Part shown: piece after piece, positions 36,266 to 44,334 of the stretch
Layout of the letters: every line of letters begins with the position of its first letter
Numbering within the stretch: position 1 is the first letter of the stretch
NCBI GenBank assembly: GCA_050329935.1
Contig: JBHJOI010000032.1
Coordinates: 61,350 to 125,349, forward strand
DNA length: 64,000 nucleotides
DNA from: Thiotrichales bacterium
GTDB taxonomy: Bacteria; Pseudomonadota; Gammaproteobacteria; UWMA-0217
Direction: 5' to 3'
Position numbers and translations under genes: made by a program
The notes under the pieces: generated by a model
Database searches by the model: none
What the model was told of the DNA's origin: nothing
The model's input: only the letters and a program-made list of their open reading frames with translations

Positions 36266-37267
36266 GTGGACGTTAAGCCCGTAGCGGTATTTGGTGCTGG
36301 CGCGTGGGGCACTGCGCTGGCGTTGCAGATACAACGCAACGGCTTTGAGGTCATGCTCTGGGGGCGCGATCGCGCCCAGATTGATGCGATGAGAGCGACT
36401 CGGGCCAACCCGCATTATCTGCCAGGCGTCGTGCTCCCGCCGGAACTCCAATTCACTTCGGATCTGGAAGCGGCAGCGCGATTCGCCGCGTTTTGGGTGA
36501 TCGTGGTGCCTAGCGAAGGGTTTCGAGACGTCCTGAACGCACTCAGACCGTTTCTCGCGCCAACCACGCAAGTCGTCTCGGCGACCAAGGGTTTTGATAA
36601 GGACAGCGGTCAATTCCTACATCAAGTTGCCGAGACCGCGCTTGGGGAATCAGTAACATTTGGTATTGTGTCCGGTCCGACGTTCGCGGTCGAAGTGGCG
36701 CGTAACCTGCCGACAGCCATGACCCTCGCGGTTCGGGACGAGCACCTTGCCGCGGATCTTGTACGCGTTTTTCATGGCGAGCACTTGCGGGTATATAGCA
36801 GCACCGATGTTATCGGCGTGCAACTCGGCGGCGCGGTCAAGAACGTACTTGCGATCGCGGCGGGTATTTCCGACGGGCTTGGCTTTGGCGCGAACGCGCG
36901 CGCGGCGCTCATCACCCGCGGCCTTGCCGAAATGATGCGGCTCGGTGTCTGTTTAGGCGCGCGAACCGAAACCATGATGGGACTCGCCGGCCTCGGCGAC
37001 TTGGTGCTGACGTGTACCGATGATAAATCGCGAAACCGGCGTTTCGGGCTGGCGTTGGGTCAGGGCAAAACCGCCGAGCAGGCGCGGATCGAGATCGGCC
37101 AGGTCGTCGAAGGCGCGGTCACCGCGCGGATGCTGAATCAGATCGCGCAACGTGTAACCGTGGAGATGCCGATCGCCAAGGAGGTATTCCGTATCCTTTA
37201 CGAGGGACTCTCACCCGCAACGGCTGTGAATGACCTGCTGGGCCGGCGCCTGCGCTCCGAGTTCTAA
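36266..37267 (+). CDS. gpsA: NAD(P)H-dependent glycerol-3-phosphate dehydrogenase
   Basis: VFGAGAWGTALA Rossmann motif; 333 aa; grxC-secB-gpsA synteny as in E. coli. Confidence 0.95.
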   Translation: MDVKPVAVFGAGAWGTALALQIQRNGFEVMLWGRDRAQIDAMRATRANPHYLPGVVLPPELQFTSDLEAAARFAAFWVIVVPSEGFRDVLNALRPFLAPTTQVVSATKGFDKDSGQFLHQVAETALGESVTFGIVSGPTFAVEVARNLPTAMTLAVRDEHLAADLVRVFHGEHLRVYSSTDVIGVQLGGAVKNVLAIAAGISDGLGFGANARAALITRGLAEMMRLGVCLGARTETMMGLAGLGDLVLTCTDDKSRNRRFGLALGQGKTAEQARIEIGQVVEGAVTARMLNQIAQRVTVEMPIAKEVFRILYEGLSPATAVNDLLGRRLRSEF

Positions 37268-37361
37268 CCCAGTCTGAGCCAACTCGCGAATGCAATTTCT
37301 CTTGTGAGCAATCGCGCCCTTCTCCGTCGAGCCGTAACGATCAACCGCCAGTCGTCAAGCA

Positions 37362-37841
37362 TCACCGCTCCCTCGGCAATCGAAGTGAAGTGAACCCGAG
37401 TTGACGCCAAGCCTCGTATACGGCAATTGCAACACTGTTGGATAAATTGAGGCTACGGCTTCCCGGTTGCATGGGAATCCGTAACACGGCGGTCGTTGTT
37501 CCAGCGGCTAACACCGACGCGGGCAAACCGCGCGTTTCTGGGCCAAAAACCAGATAGTCATCGTCGGCATAGGTTTGGTCCGTATAGTAGCGCGCGCCGC
37601 TTGTCGAGTACGCAAACAGTCTGCCGGGTCGCTCCGCCTCGACAAATGCGCTGAAGTTCGCATGTTCACGGCAGTTCGTCAGTTCGCGGTAATCGAGACC
37701 TGCACGGCGGAGATAGCGATCGCTCAGGGTAAATCCAAGTGGGTGAATCAGGTGCAGCCGCGCGTCGCAGTTGACCGCTAGGCGCATGATGTTGCCGGTG
37801 TTGGGCGGAATTTCTGGCTGGTAGAGGACAATATTCAGCAT
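37362..37841 (-). CDS. trmL: tRNA (cytidine/uridine-2'-O)-methyltransferase TrmL (SpoU family)
   Basis: [21 protein letters not shown]...; SPOUT knot motifs; 159 aa. Confidence 0.9.
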   Translation of the reverse strand: MLNIVLYQPEIPPNTGNIMRLAVNCDARLHLIHPLGFTLSDRYLRRAGLDYRELTNCREHANFSAFVEAERPGRLFAYSTSGARYYTDQTYADDDYLVFGPETRGLPASVLAAGTTTAVLRIPMQPGSRSLNLSNSVAIAVYEAWRQLGFTSLRLPRER

Positions 37842-37953
37842 TCAATCCACGAGATGAGCCGTTGATCGGATTCCGTGCTCGACGCGTTTCGCCGGCGGTT
37901 CGACTGTACTAATTTTAGACGTAGGCAACGCGTCAAATGTAGGAATAATAACC

Positions 37954-38178
37954 ATGGTAAAGTGGAAAAAGTTGCACGAGATCCGATTGGGGACCCTTCA
38001 TTTTCTGATATTGGCGGTCATCCTACTGGTAGCGACGGTGGGTGTCTTGCGATCCATCAGCGCGAGCGAGTTCGCGGAATTGAACAAGCCGCCGGCGTCT
38101 GGACTCAAGATGCCGGCGCACCGGCAGGTTGCGCCGCCGCTGACGCCCATTATCAAGGCAGCGAAGACCGAGGAATAG
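37954..38178 (+). CDS. hypothetical small membrane protein (74 aa, 1 TM)
   Basis: SD AGGAAT 7 nt upstream of the ATG; GC3 about 75 percent; one hydrophobic helix (LHFLILAVILLVATVGVL). Confidence 0.35.
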   Translation: MVKWKKLHEIRLGTLHFLILAVILLVATVGVLRSISASEFAELNKPPASGLKMPAHRQVAPPLTPIIKAAKTEE

Positions 38179-38234
38179 CGGTTCGTCAGAAAATCGGTGC
38201 GAGGCGAAGGTCGGACACGAACGAGCGTTGCCGA

Positions 38235-39653
38235 CTATTCATCGCCACCTTCCAGGTCATTCAGCGCAAGTTCCTTGATTTTTCTGGTCAGCGTGTTGCG
38301 TCCCCAACCGAGTAACCGCGCGGCGTCCTGGCGCCGCCCATGGGTGTGACGCAAGGCGAGTCTGATCATCGTCTCCTCGAACAGCGGTGTTGCTTCATCC
38401 AAAAGGGTGGTCGCGCCAAGCTCGATGCGTCGATTTGCCCAGGTGACGAGCTGCGCCGTCCAGTCGGTATCGGCGGGTACGCCTTCCGGTTGGGTCAGCG
38501 GTATCAAGTCCGGCGGCAGGTCTTCAAACAAGATCTCGCGCCCGGCGGCCATGACCGTCAGCCAACGGCACGTGTTCTGCAGCTGTCGCACGTTTCCCGG
38601 CCACTCCAGCCGCGCCAGGTGTTCGAGGACATCCGGCCGGATGGCCTTGGCTTCGACCTTGAGTTCCTGGGCCGCACGCTTCAGGAAGTACCGGGTTAGC
38701 AGCGGAATGTCTTCGCGCCGTGAACGAACCGGCGGGAGCTGTATCTTGATGACATTGAGTCGATGATAGAGGTCCTCGCGAAACAGCCCTTGTTGAACCA
38801 GTCGTTCAAGGTGTTGGTGGGTCGCCGCGACGATGCGCACATCGACTTGAATCGGTTCGTGGCCACCCACCTTGTAGAACACGCCGTCCGAGAGTACCCG
38901 TAGTAACCGGGTCTGCATTTCCGCGGGCATATCCCCGATCTCGTCGAGGAAGAGTGTGCCGTGATTGGCCTGTTCGAAACGGCCCTTGCGTCCCGCGTGA
39001 GCGCCGGTGAACGAACCCTTCTCATGACCAAACAGCTCCGATTCGAGCAGATCGCGCGGGATGGCAGCCATATTCAATGCGATGAAAGGCGCACTGGCGC
39101 GTGGGCTATGTTTATGTAGCGCCTGAGCGACCAATTCCTTGCCGGTGCCCGACTCACCCGTGATGAGGACATTGATGTTGGAATGACTGAGGCGCCCGAT
39201 CGCGCGAAACACGTCCTGCATCGCCGGGGATTCGCCAATGATGTCGGATGCGAGTTCCGGTGCGTCGCGGACCTTCGGTTGGTTTTCGTTGCGTGTTGCG
39301 CACGCTCGACGTACCAGGGTAACGGCATCATCGATATCGAATGGCTTCGGCAGGTACTCGAATGCCCCGCCCTGATACGCCGATACCGCGCTATCGAGGT
39401 CGGAATGTGCGGTCATCACGATCACGGGCAGGCTCGTGTGTTGTCGGCGTAGCTGTTCGAGCAAGGTGAGGCCGTCCATTTCGGGCATGCGAATGTCGGT
39501 GACTAATGCATCGGGCTCGTCGCGCTCCAGTGCCTTGAGCACCGCGTTCGCGTTTGAGAACGTGCGCACGGCGAGCTTGGCTTTTTGCAGTGCCTTTTCG
39601 AGTACCCAGCGAATGGCCTGGTCGTCGTCTACAACCCAAACGCGTTCATTCAT
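38235..39653 (-). CDS. glnG: nitrogen regulation protein NR(I), sigma54-dependent response regulator NtrC
   Basis: Receiver domain (DDD...D), AAA+ GESGTGKE, GAFTGA motif, C-terminal HTH; 472 aa. Confidence 0.95.
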   Translation of the reverse strand: MNERVWVVDDDQAIRWVLEKALQKAKLAVRTFSNANAVLKALERDEPDALVTDIRMPEMDGLTLLEQLRRQHTSLPVIVMTAHSDLDSAVSAYQGGAFEYLPKPFDIDDAVTLVRRACATRNENQPKVRDAPELASDIIGESPAMQDVFRAIGRLSHSNINVLITGESGTGKELVAQALHKHSPRASAPFIALNMAAIPRDLLESELFGHEKGSFTGAHAGRKGRFEQANHGTLFLDEIGDMPAEMQTRLLRVLSDGVFYKVGGHEPIQVDVRIVAATHQHLERLVQQGLFREDLYHRLNVIKIQLPPVRSRREDIPLLTRYFLKRAAQELKVEAKAIRPDVLEHLARLEWPGNVRQLQNTCRWLTVMAAGREILFEDLPPDLIPLTQPEGVPADTDWTAQLVTWANRRIELGATTLLDEATPLFEETMIRLALRHTHGRRQDAARLLGWGRNTLTRKIKELALNDLEGGDE

Positions 39654-40704
39654 GGGTATTCTCGTAGGGTAGCAGAATTTCGAAAATCGTCTTTCCGGGC
39701 TCCGAGTGAAACTTGATCAGACCCCCGTGGCCGCTGATCAGGGATTCCGCGATGGAAAGGCCGAGACCGGACCCGTTGGCTTTGTTCGTCACCATGGGAA
39801 AGAAGATCTGCGGTTGTAGCGTTTCGGGGACGCCAGGGCCGTCGTCTTCGATCTGCAAGCGAATCACGAGCGGGTGGCAGGTGCCGTCGATCGTATAATG
39901 GCGCGACACCCGTGTTCGAAGCACGATCCGGCCCCCACTCTTTGAAAGTGCCTCAAGCGCGTTGCGTGCAATGTTGAGCACGGCCTGGACCAATTGATCA
40001 CGATCTGCCCGGAGCTCGGGTATGCTGGGATCGTAGTCGCGGTCGATGCGAACGTTGCGATTGGCCTCGGCTTGAAGTAAACGCCGCACATGCTCGGTGA
40101 CCTCGTGAATACTGAGCGATTGCTTGTTGGGTGGGCGGCGCGGCCCCAGGATTCTGTCGATCAAGACCTGCAAGCGATCGGTCTCGCTAATGATGACTTG
40201 CGTATATTCGTGTAGCTCCGGATTCTCGAGTTCCGCCTGAAGGAGTTGCGCGGCGCCACGAATGCCGCCCAGCGGGTTTTTCACCTCATGCGCCAAACCG
40301 CGCGCAAGCTGACGTAGCGCGCTGTACTCTTTCTGTCGTACCTCGTCCTGCGTGATATTCAACAAGCGGGCGATCTGTTGCACCTCGATCAGTGCCCCGC
40401 CTTCACCGATCGGTGTGCAGGTCAGATTGACAATGATCTCGCGGCCCGAGGGTAGGCGTAGCGACAGTTCCCGGCGACTGATCGGCGCACCGTCGCGGAT
40501 CGCGGACTGAATTAGTTCGATCAGTCCACGCTGAGTCGGGCAGATCGCCGTCAATTTCCGATTTCGGATTCGCTTCAGGCTCTTTTCGAACAGCATTTCG
40601 CCTGCAGGGTTCAGAAATACCACGCCGAGACGCTGATCCAGCAGTAGCACCGCTGTATCCATATGCTCGAGAATCAGATGGGTCTCGGAGTTGTGATCAA
40701 CCAT
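39646..40704 (-). CDS. glnL: nitrogen regulation sensor histidine kinase NtrB (NR-II)
   Basis: PAS, then H-box LARGLAHEVKNPLGGIRGAAQLL, then HATPase. Start at internal ATG 40704 (352 aa, like E. coli NtrB); the listed TTG at 40788 has no SD. Confidence 0.85.
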   Translation of the reverse strand: MVDHNSETHLILEHMDTAVLLLDQRLGVVFLNPAGEMLFEKSLKRIRNRKLTAICPTQRGLIELIQSAIRDGAPISRRELSLRLPSGREIIVNLTCTPIGEGGALIEVQQIARLLNITQDEVRQKEYSALRQLARGLAHEVKNPLGGIRGAAQLLQAELENPELHEYTQVIISETDRLQVLIDRILGPRRPPNKQSLSIHEVTEHVRRLLQAEANRNVRIDRDYDPSIPELRADRDQLVQAVLNIARNALEALSKSGGRIVLRTRVSRHYTIDGTCHPLVIRLQIEDDGPGVPETLQPQIFFPMVTNKANGSGLGLSIAESLISGHGGLIKFHSEPGKTIFEILLPYENTHE

Positions 40705-40807
40705 GCCGTATCCGCATGCAATATGGATGCCAAGACAGGCCAGGGGCCGTAAACGAGTAGAATCAAATGGTCTGCGACCGAGGCGCAAAGTTCAGCCAAA
40801 TACATGA

Positions 40808-40824
40808 TGCACCAAAATAGTGCG
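40808..40824. promoter_or_regulatory. NtrC-binding site upstream of glnL (TGCACCAAAATAGTGCG)
   Basis: 12/14 match to TGCACCA-N3-TGGTGCA in the ntrB promoter region. Confidence 0.45.
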
Positions 40825-40922
40825 CTTCGCGACCGCTGTCTTGCAAACCAGGGTAATTCTGCGCGTCGAAGTCTGCCGAGAGGCTCAATGCGCGCGTGGA
40901 AAAAGTCTAACCGAGCCGGAAT

Positions 40923-41462
40923 TCAGGGCTTAATCTGCGTGAAACGCAGGACATGGAACTGGACCGACGGTGATTCCTTGAGCGTGTCGCCTTCGCGCGT
41001 GATCACCAGCGCTTGCACGGTATGAGTGCCGCGATCAACGTTATCGAGCACCACAAAGGGGCTCAGGCCTTCCTTGACCGGATTGCCGTTGAACAAGATC
41101 CGAAATCGGTGCCCGAGTTCCACCTGAAGCGTTGGGGACAGAGAAATGCTGACGTCGATCGCGCCGGTATTGGAGCGTATCGATTCGTCGGCTTTCGGGC
41201 TGAGGATCTGGAGGGTTTCATAGCCGCCGCCGTCCGGAGACTCGGCTGGCGATTCGTCCGCCCCAGCCTCTGCCTGCGGCTTCGCCGGCGATTCGGTGCG
41301 CGATGATAGGTTGGGTGAGGTAATCTGTAGCTTCTCGACTTTATGTCCGGGCGGCGGCTGGTCGGAGAACATCACGTTCCCATTTTTATCCGTCCAGCGA
41401 TAGATCTCCGCGTGACTTGCGCAGGATAGCAGCAGTAAGGCGACGACCAAAAGATTTCGCAT
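40923..41462 (-). CDS. DUF4124 domain-containing secreted protein
   Basis: Signal peptide MRNLLVVALLLLSCASHA, then EIYRWTDKNGNVMFSD (DUF4124 signature). Start chosen downstream of the glnA terminator. Confidence 0.65.
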   Translation of the reverse strand: MRNLLVVALLLLSCASHAEIYRWTDKNGNVMFSDQPPPGHKVEKLQITSPNLSSRTESPAKPQAEAGADESPAESPDGGGYETLQILSPKADESIRSNTGAIDVSISLSPTLQVELGHRFRILFNGNPVKEGLSPFVVLDNVDRGTHTVQALVITREGDTLKESPSVQFHVLRFTQIKP

Positions 41463-41492
41463 ACCCAGCAATTTACCGAAATCCGTCGCCCT

Positions 41493-41526
41493 GCGCAAAA
41501 TAGAAAACCCCCGCCGGTGGCGGGGG
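41493..41526 (-). terminator. rho-independent terminator of glnA
   Basis: Minus sense: cccccgcc-acc-ggcggggg followed by TTTTCTATTTTG. Confidence 0.75.
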
Positions 41527-41561
41527 TTAGACAGGCTCAACAAAGGGTATCTAAGACCGGA

Positions 41562-42971
41562 TCAGAGGCTGTAATACATGTCGAACTCGACCGGGTGGGT
41601 CGTCATCCGGATCCGAGTGACGTCTTCCATCTTGAGCGCGATGTAGGCGTCGATCATGTCATCGGTGAACACCCCGCCCGCCTTGAGGAAGTCGCGGTCG
41701 CGGTCCAGATTATCGAGGGCCATGTCGAGTGAGTGGCAGACCTGTGGGATTCTCTTTTCTTCTTCTGGCGGAAGATCGTAGAGATCCTTGTCCATCGCCT
41801 CGCCCGGATGAACCTTGTTCAAGATGCCATCGATTCCCGCCATCATCATCGCCGCGAACGCCAGGTAGGGATTGGCGGTGCTGTCGGGGAAGCGCACTTC
41901 GATCCGGCGGCCCTTGGGGCTCGAGACCCAGGGAATCCGAATCGACGCCGAGCGGTTGCGCGCCGAGTACGCCAACATGACGGGCGCCTCAAAGCCAGGT
42001 ACAAGGCGTTTGTAACTATTGGTCGACGCGTTACAGAACGCATTCAATGCCTTGGCATGCTTGATGATACCGCCGATGTAGAACAGCGCGGTTTCAGACA
42101 GACCCCCATAGAGGTCACCGGCGAACAGATTCTGGCCACCTTTCGCGAGTGATTGGTGAACGTGCATGCCGCTGCCGTTGTCGCCGACCAAGGGCTTCGG
42201 CATGAAGGTGACCGTTTTGCCCCACTGGTGCGCAACGTTCTGAATGACGTATTTTTGAACCTGGGTCCAGTCCGCGCGCTCTACCAGCGTCGAAAAGCGG
42301 GTGCCGATTTCACATTGACCGGCGGTGGCGACTTCGTGGTGATGAACCTCGACGGGCACGCCCATTTCTTCAAGGGTATCGCACATCGCGGAGCGAAGAT
42401 CCTGCAACGAATCCACGGGCGGAACCGGGAAATATCCGCCCTTGGTCGTCGGACGGTGGCCAATGTTTCCGCCTTCGAAGACTTTTTCGGAGTTCCAGCC
42501 GGCCTCGTCGGAGTCGATTTCGCAGAACGAGCCCTTCATCGTTGCGCCCCAGCGCACGTCATCGAACACGAAAAACTCGGGTTCAGGCCCGAAGTATGCG
42601 GTATCTGCGATGCCGGTGGACTTGAGGTATTCCTCGGCGCGTTTCGCGACGGAACGTGGGTCGCGCTCGTAGCCTTGCATCGTGGTTGGCTCGATGATAT
42701 CGCAGCGTACGATCAGCGTGGCATCCTGGAAGAACGGATCCATGACAGCGGTGCCCGAGTCGGGCATCAGGATCATGTCGGATTCGTTGATGCCCTTCCA
42801 GCCGCCGATCGACGATCCGTCGAACATCTTGCCGTCTTCGAAGAACGAATCATCGATCTGGTGGGCTGGCAGCGTGACGTGCTGCTCTTTGCCGCGCGTA
42901 TCGGTAAAGCGCAGGTCGACGTACTTCACCTGCTTTTCCTGCATCATCTTCAATACGTCACTCGGTGACAT
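41562..42971 (-). CDS. glnA: glutamine synthetase type I
   Basis: [24 protein letters not shown]...; 469 aa; SD GGAGG; Tyr adenylylation-site region present. Confidence 0.97.
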   Translation of the reverse strand: MSPSDVLKMMQEKQVKYVDLRFTDTRGKEQHVTLPAHQIDDSFFEDGKMFDGSSIGGWKGINESDMILMPDSGTAVMDPFFQDATLIVRCDIIEPTTMQGYERDPRSVAKRAEEYLKSTGIADTAYFGPEPEFFVFDDVRWGATMKGSFCEIDSDEAGWNSEKVFEGGNIGHRPTTKGGYFPVPPVDSLQDLRSAMCDTLEEMGVPVEVHHHEVATAGQCEIGTRFSTLVERADWTQVQKYVIQNVAHQWGKTVTFMPKPLVGDNGSGMHVHQSLAKGGQNLFAGDLYGGLSETALFYIGGIIKHAKALNAFCNASTNSYKRLVPGFEAPVMLAYSARNRSASIRIPWVSSPKGRRIEVRFPDSTANPYLAFAAMMMAGIDGILNKVHPGEAMDKDLYDLPPEEEKRIPQVCHSLDMALDNLDRDRDFLKAGGVFTDDMIDAYIALKMEDVTRIRMTTHPVEFDMYYSL

Positions 42972-43066
42972 GGTTTCCTCCGGGATTGAACAAACAGAGT
43001 CGCCACGCGGGCAGATGCGATGCACCCACTTAGGTGGTCGGGTTAACAAATTACGGGAAATTGTAA

Positions 43067-43082
43067 AGCACTATCCATGCCA
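43067..43082 (-). promoter_or_regulatory. sigma54 (-24/-12) promoter glnAp2: TGGCATGGATAGTGCT
   Basis: GG and GC spaced exactly as in TGGCAC-N5-TTGC, about 95 nt upstream of the glnA ATG. Confidence 0.55.
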
Positions 43083-43134
43083 CCCAGCCAATCTAGGGCG
43101 CTCCGTAGGCATGCGGGGCGGAATTCGCGATCCA

Positions 43135-43182
43135 TGCACTAACGTAGTGCGGCTCTGGCGGGCGATGCACCGATACGGTGCG
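43135..43182. promoter_or_regulatory. tandem NtrC enhancer sites upstream of glnAp2
   Basis: TGCACTAACGTAGTGCG (43135-43151) and TGCACCGATACGGTGCG (43166-43182); centres 31 bp apart, 60-110 bp upstream of the sigma54 promoter. Confidence 0.5.
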
Positions 43183-43481
43183 ACCGAGCCATCTCACCAG
43201 GGGGTATCCATTTTCCTGCGACTTCTGCACGGTCAATGATTACGTTTTCGATCATCGCATCTTGCCCGAGCGTAGGGCGGTTCGGCAAGCGTGGGCGGGT
43301 TGGACTGCTTGAAGCTGTCGACGTCCTGCGAGGGCATGGCGCCACGGCCACGGCGTGCCGGGGCTGCATGGTGGCTCACCAGAATGGGTCGAACAAAAGC
43401 CGAACTTCTACAGCGCCTGACGCCTCGTCTAGGCGCGAGTTGCCACGCGTTACAACGCCCATGCCGATCACTTTACCGCGG

Positions 43482-44207
43482 TTAGAGTTCCATCAGTTTG
43501 GCGCGTTCGGTCGCGGTTGGTTCGAACCCGCGCTTTTCGTAATAGTCGAAGATGGCGTCGACGACCTCCCGCGGTTCGTCGATGACCTTGAACAGCCGTA
43601 GGTCCTCCGCAGAGATCTTACCTTCGCTCGCGAGCGTTTGCTCAAACCAGTCCAGTAATCCGCTCCAGAACGGGCGATGCACCAAAATGATGGGGATGCG
43701 ACGCGATTTGCCGGTTTGCACGAGCGTCAGGATCTCGGCGAGTTCATCGAGCGTCCCAAAACCGCCGGGGAGCACGACATAGGCGGAGGCATACTTCACA
43801 AACATCACCTTGCGCGAAAAGAAATGCCTGAAGCTGAGCGCGATGTCCTGATAGTCATTGCCGACTTGCTCGTGCGGCAGCTGGATATTCAGGCCGACGC
43901 TGGGTGAGCGACCGCGCTTGGCGCCTTTGTTCGCCGCCTCCATGATGCCAGGTCCGCCACCGCTGACCACCGCGAAGCCGGCCTCCGATAGCTGGTAGGC
44001 GATTTCCTCCGCAAGCTGATAGATGGGATCGTCGGCTGGCGTGCGTGCCGAACCAAATATGCTCACCGACGGTTTGATGCGGGCCAGTCGCTCGAATCCT
44101 TCGACGAATTCGCCCATGATCTGAAAGATCTTCCAGCTCTCGCGGGTGAGCTGTTGTTCATCCACCGGCAGCATGACCGGGTGCGAACCACGTGTGTGCA
44201 AATTCAT
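43482..44207 (-). CDS. LOG-family protein (cytokinin riboside 5'-monophosphate phosphoribohydrolase / Rossmann-fold nucleotide-binding, TIGR00730)
   Basis: ...VSGGGPGIMEAANKGA...PGGFGTLDEL... Start at the ATG 44207, which has SD AGGAA. The longer ORF would leave only 10 bp before the divergent polA. Confidence 0.8.
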   Translation of the reverse strand: MNLHTRGSHPVMLPVDEQQLTRESWKIFQIMGEFVEGFERLARIKPSVSIFGSARTPADDPIYQLAEEIAYQLSEAGFAVVSGGGPGIMEAANKGAKRGRSPSVGLNIQLPHEQVGNDYQDIALSFRHFFSRKVMFVKYASAYVVLPGGFGTLDELAEILTLVQTGKSRRIPIILVHRPFWSGLLDWFEQTLASEGKISAEDLRLFKVIDEPREVVDAIFDYYEKRGFEPTATERAKLMEL

Positions 44208-44334
44208 CGGTACAGTTCCTGTCTCGAAGGTCGCCCGTTGTACCATAAGCCCCGCATCCGGGAAAACACGCCGGATCGAGACCGCCGGATCGCCGCTGCG
44301 TTCTGGTTGTGTAACGGCTGGCACGAGGTAAGCA

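Noticed and set aside
40923-40960. Hairpin ctgcgt-gaa-acgcag at the end of the DUF4124 gene, considered as a terminator
   Set aside because: It lies inside the coding sequence (encoding ...VLRFTQIKP*) and has no T-tract.
43236-43601. 121-aa plus-strand ORF spanning the glnA upstream region and the LOG gene 3' end
   Set aside because: It overlaps the LOG-family gene antisense, has no SD and poor composition. The region is occupied by glnA regulatory sites.
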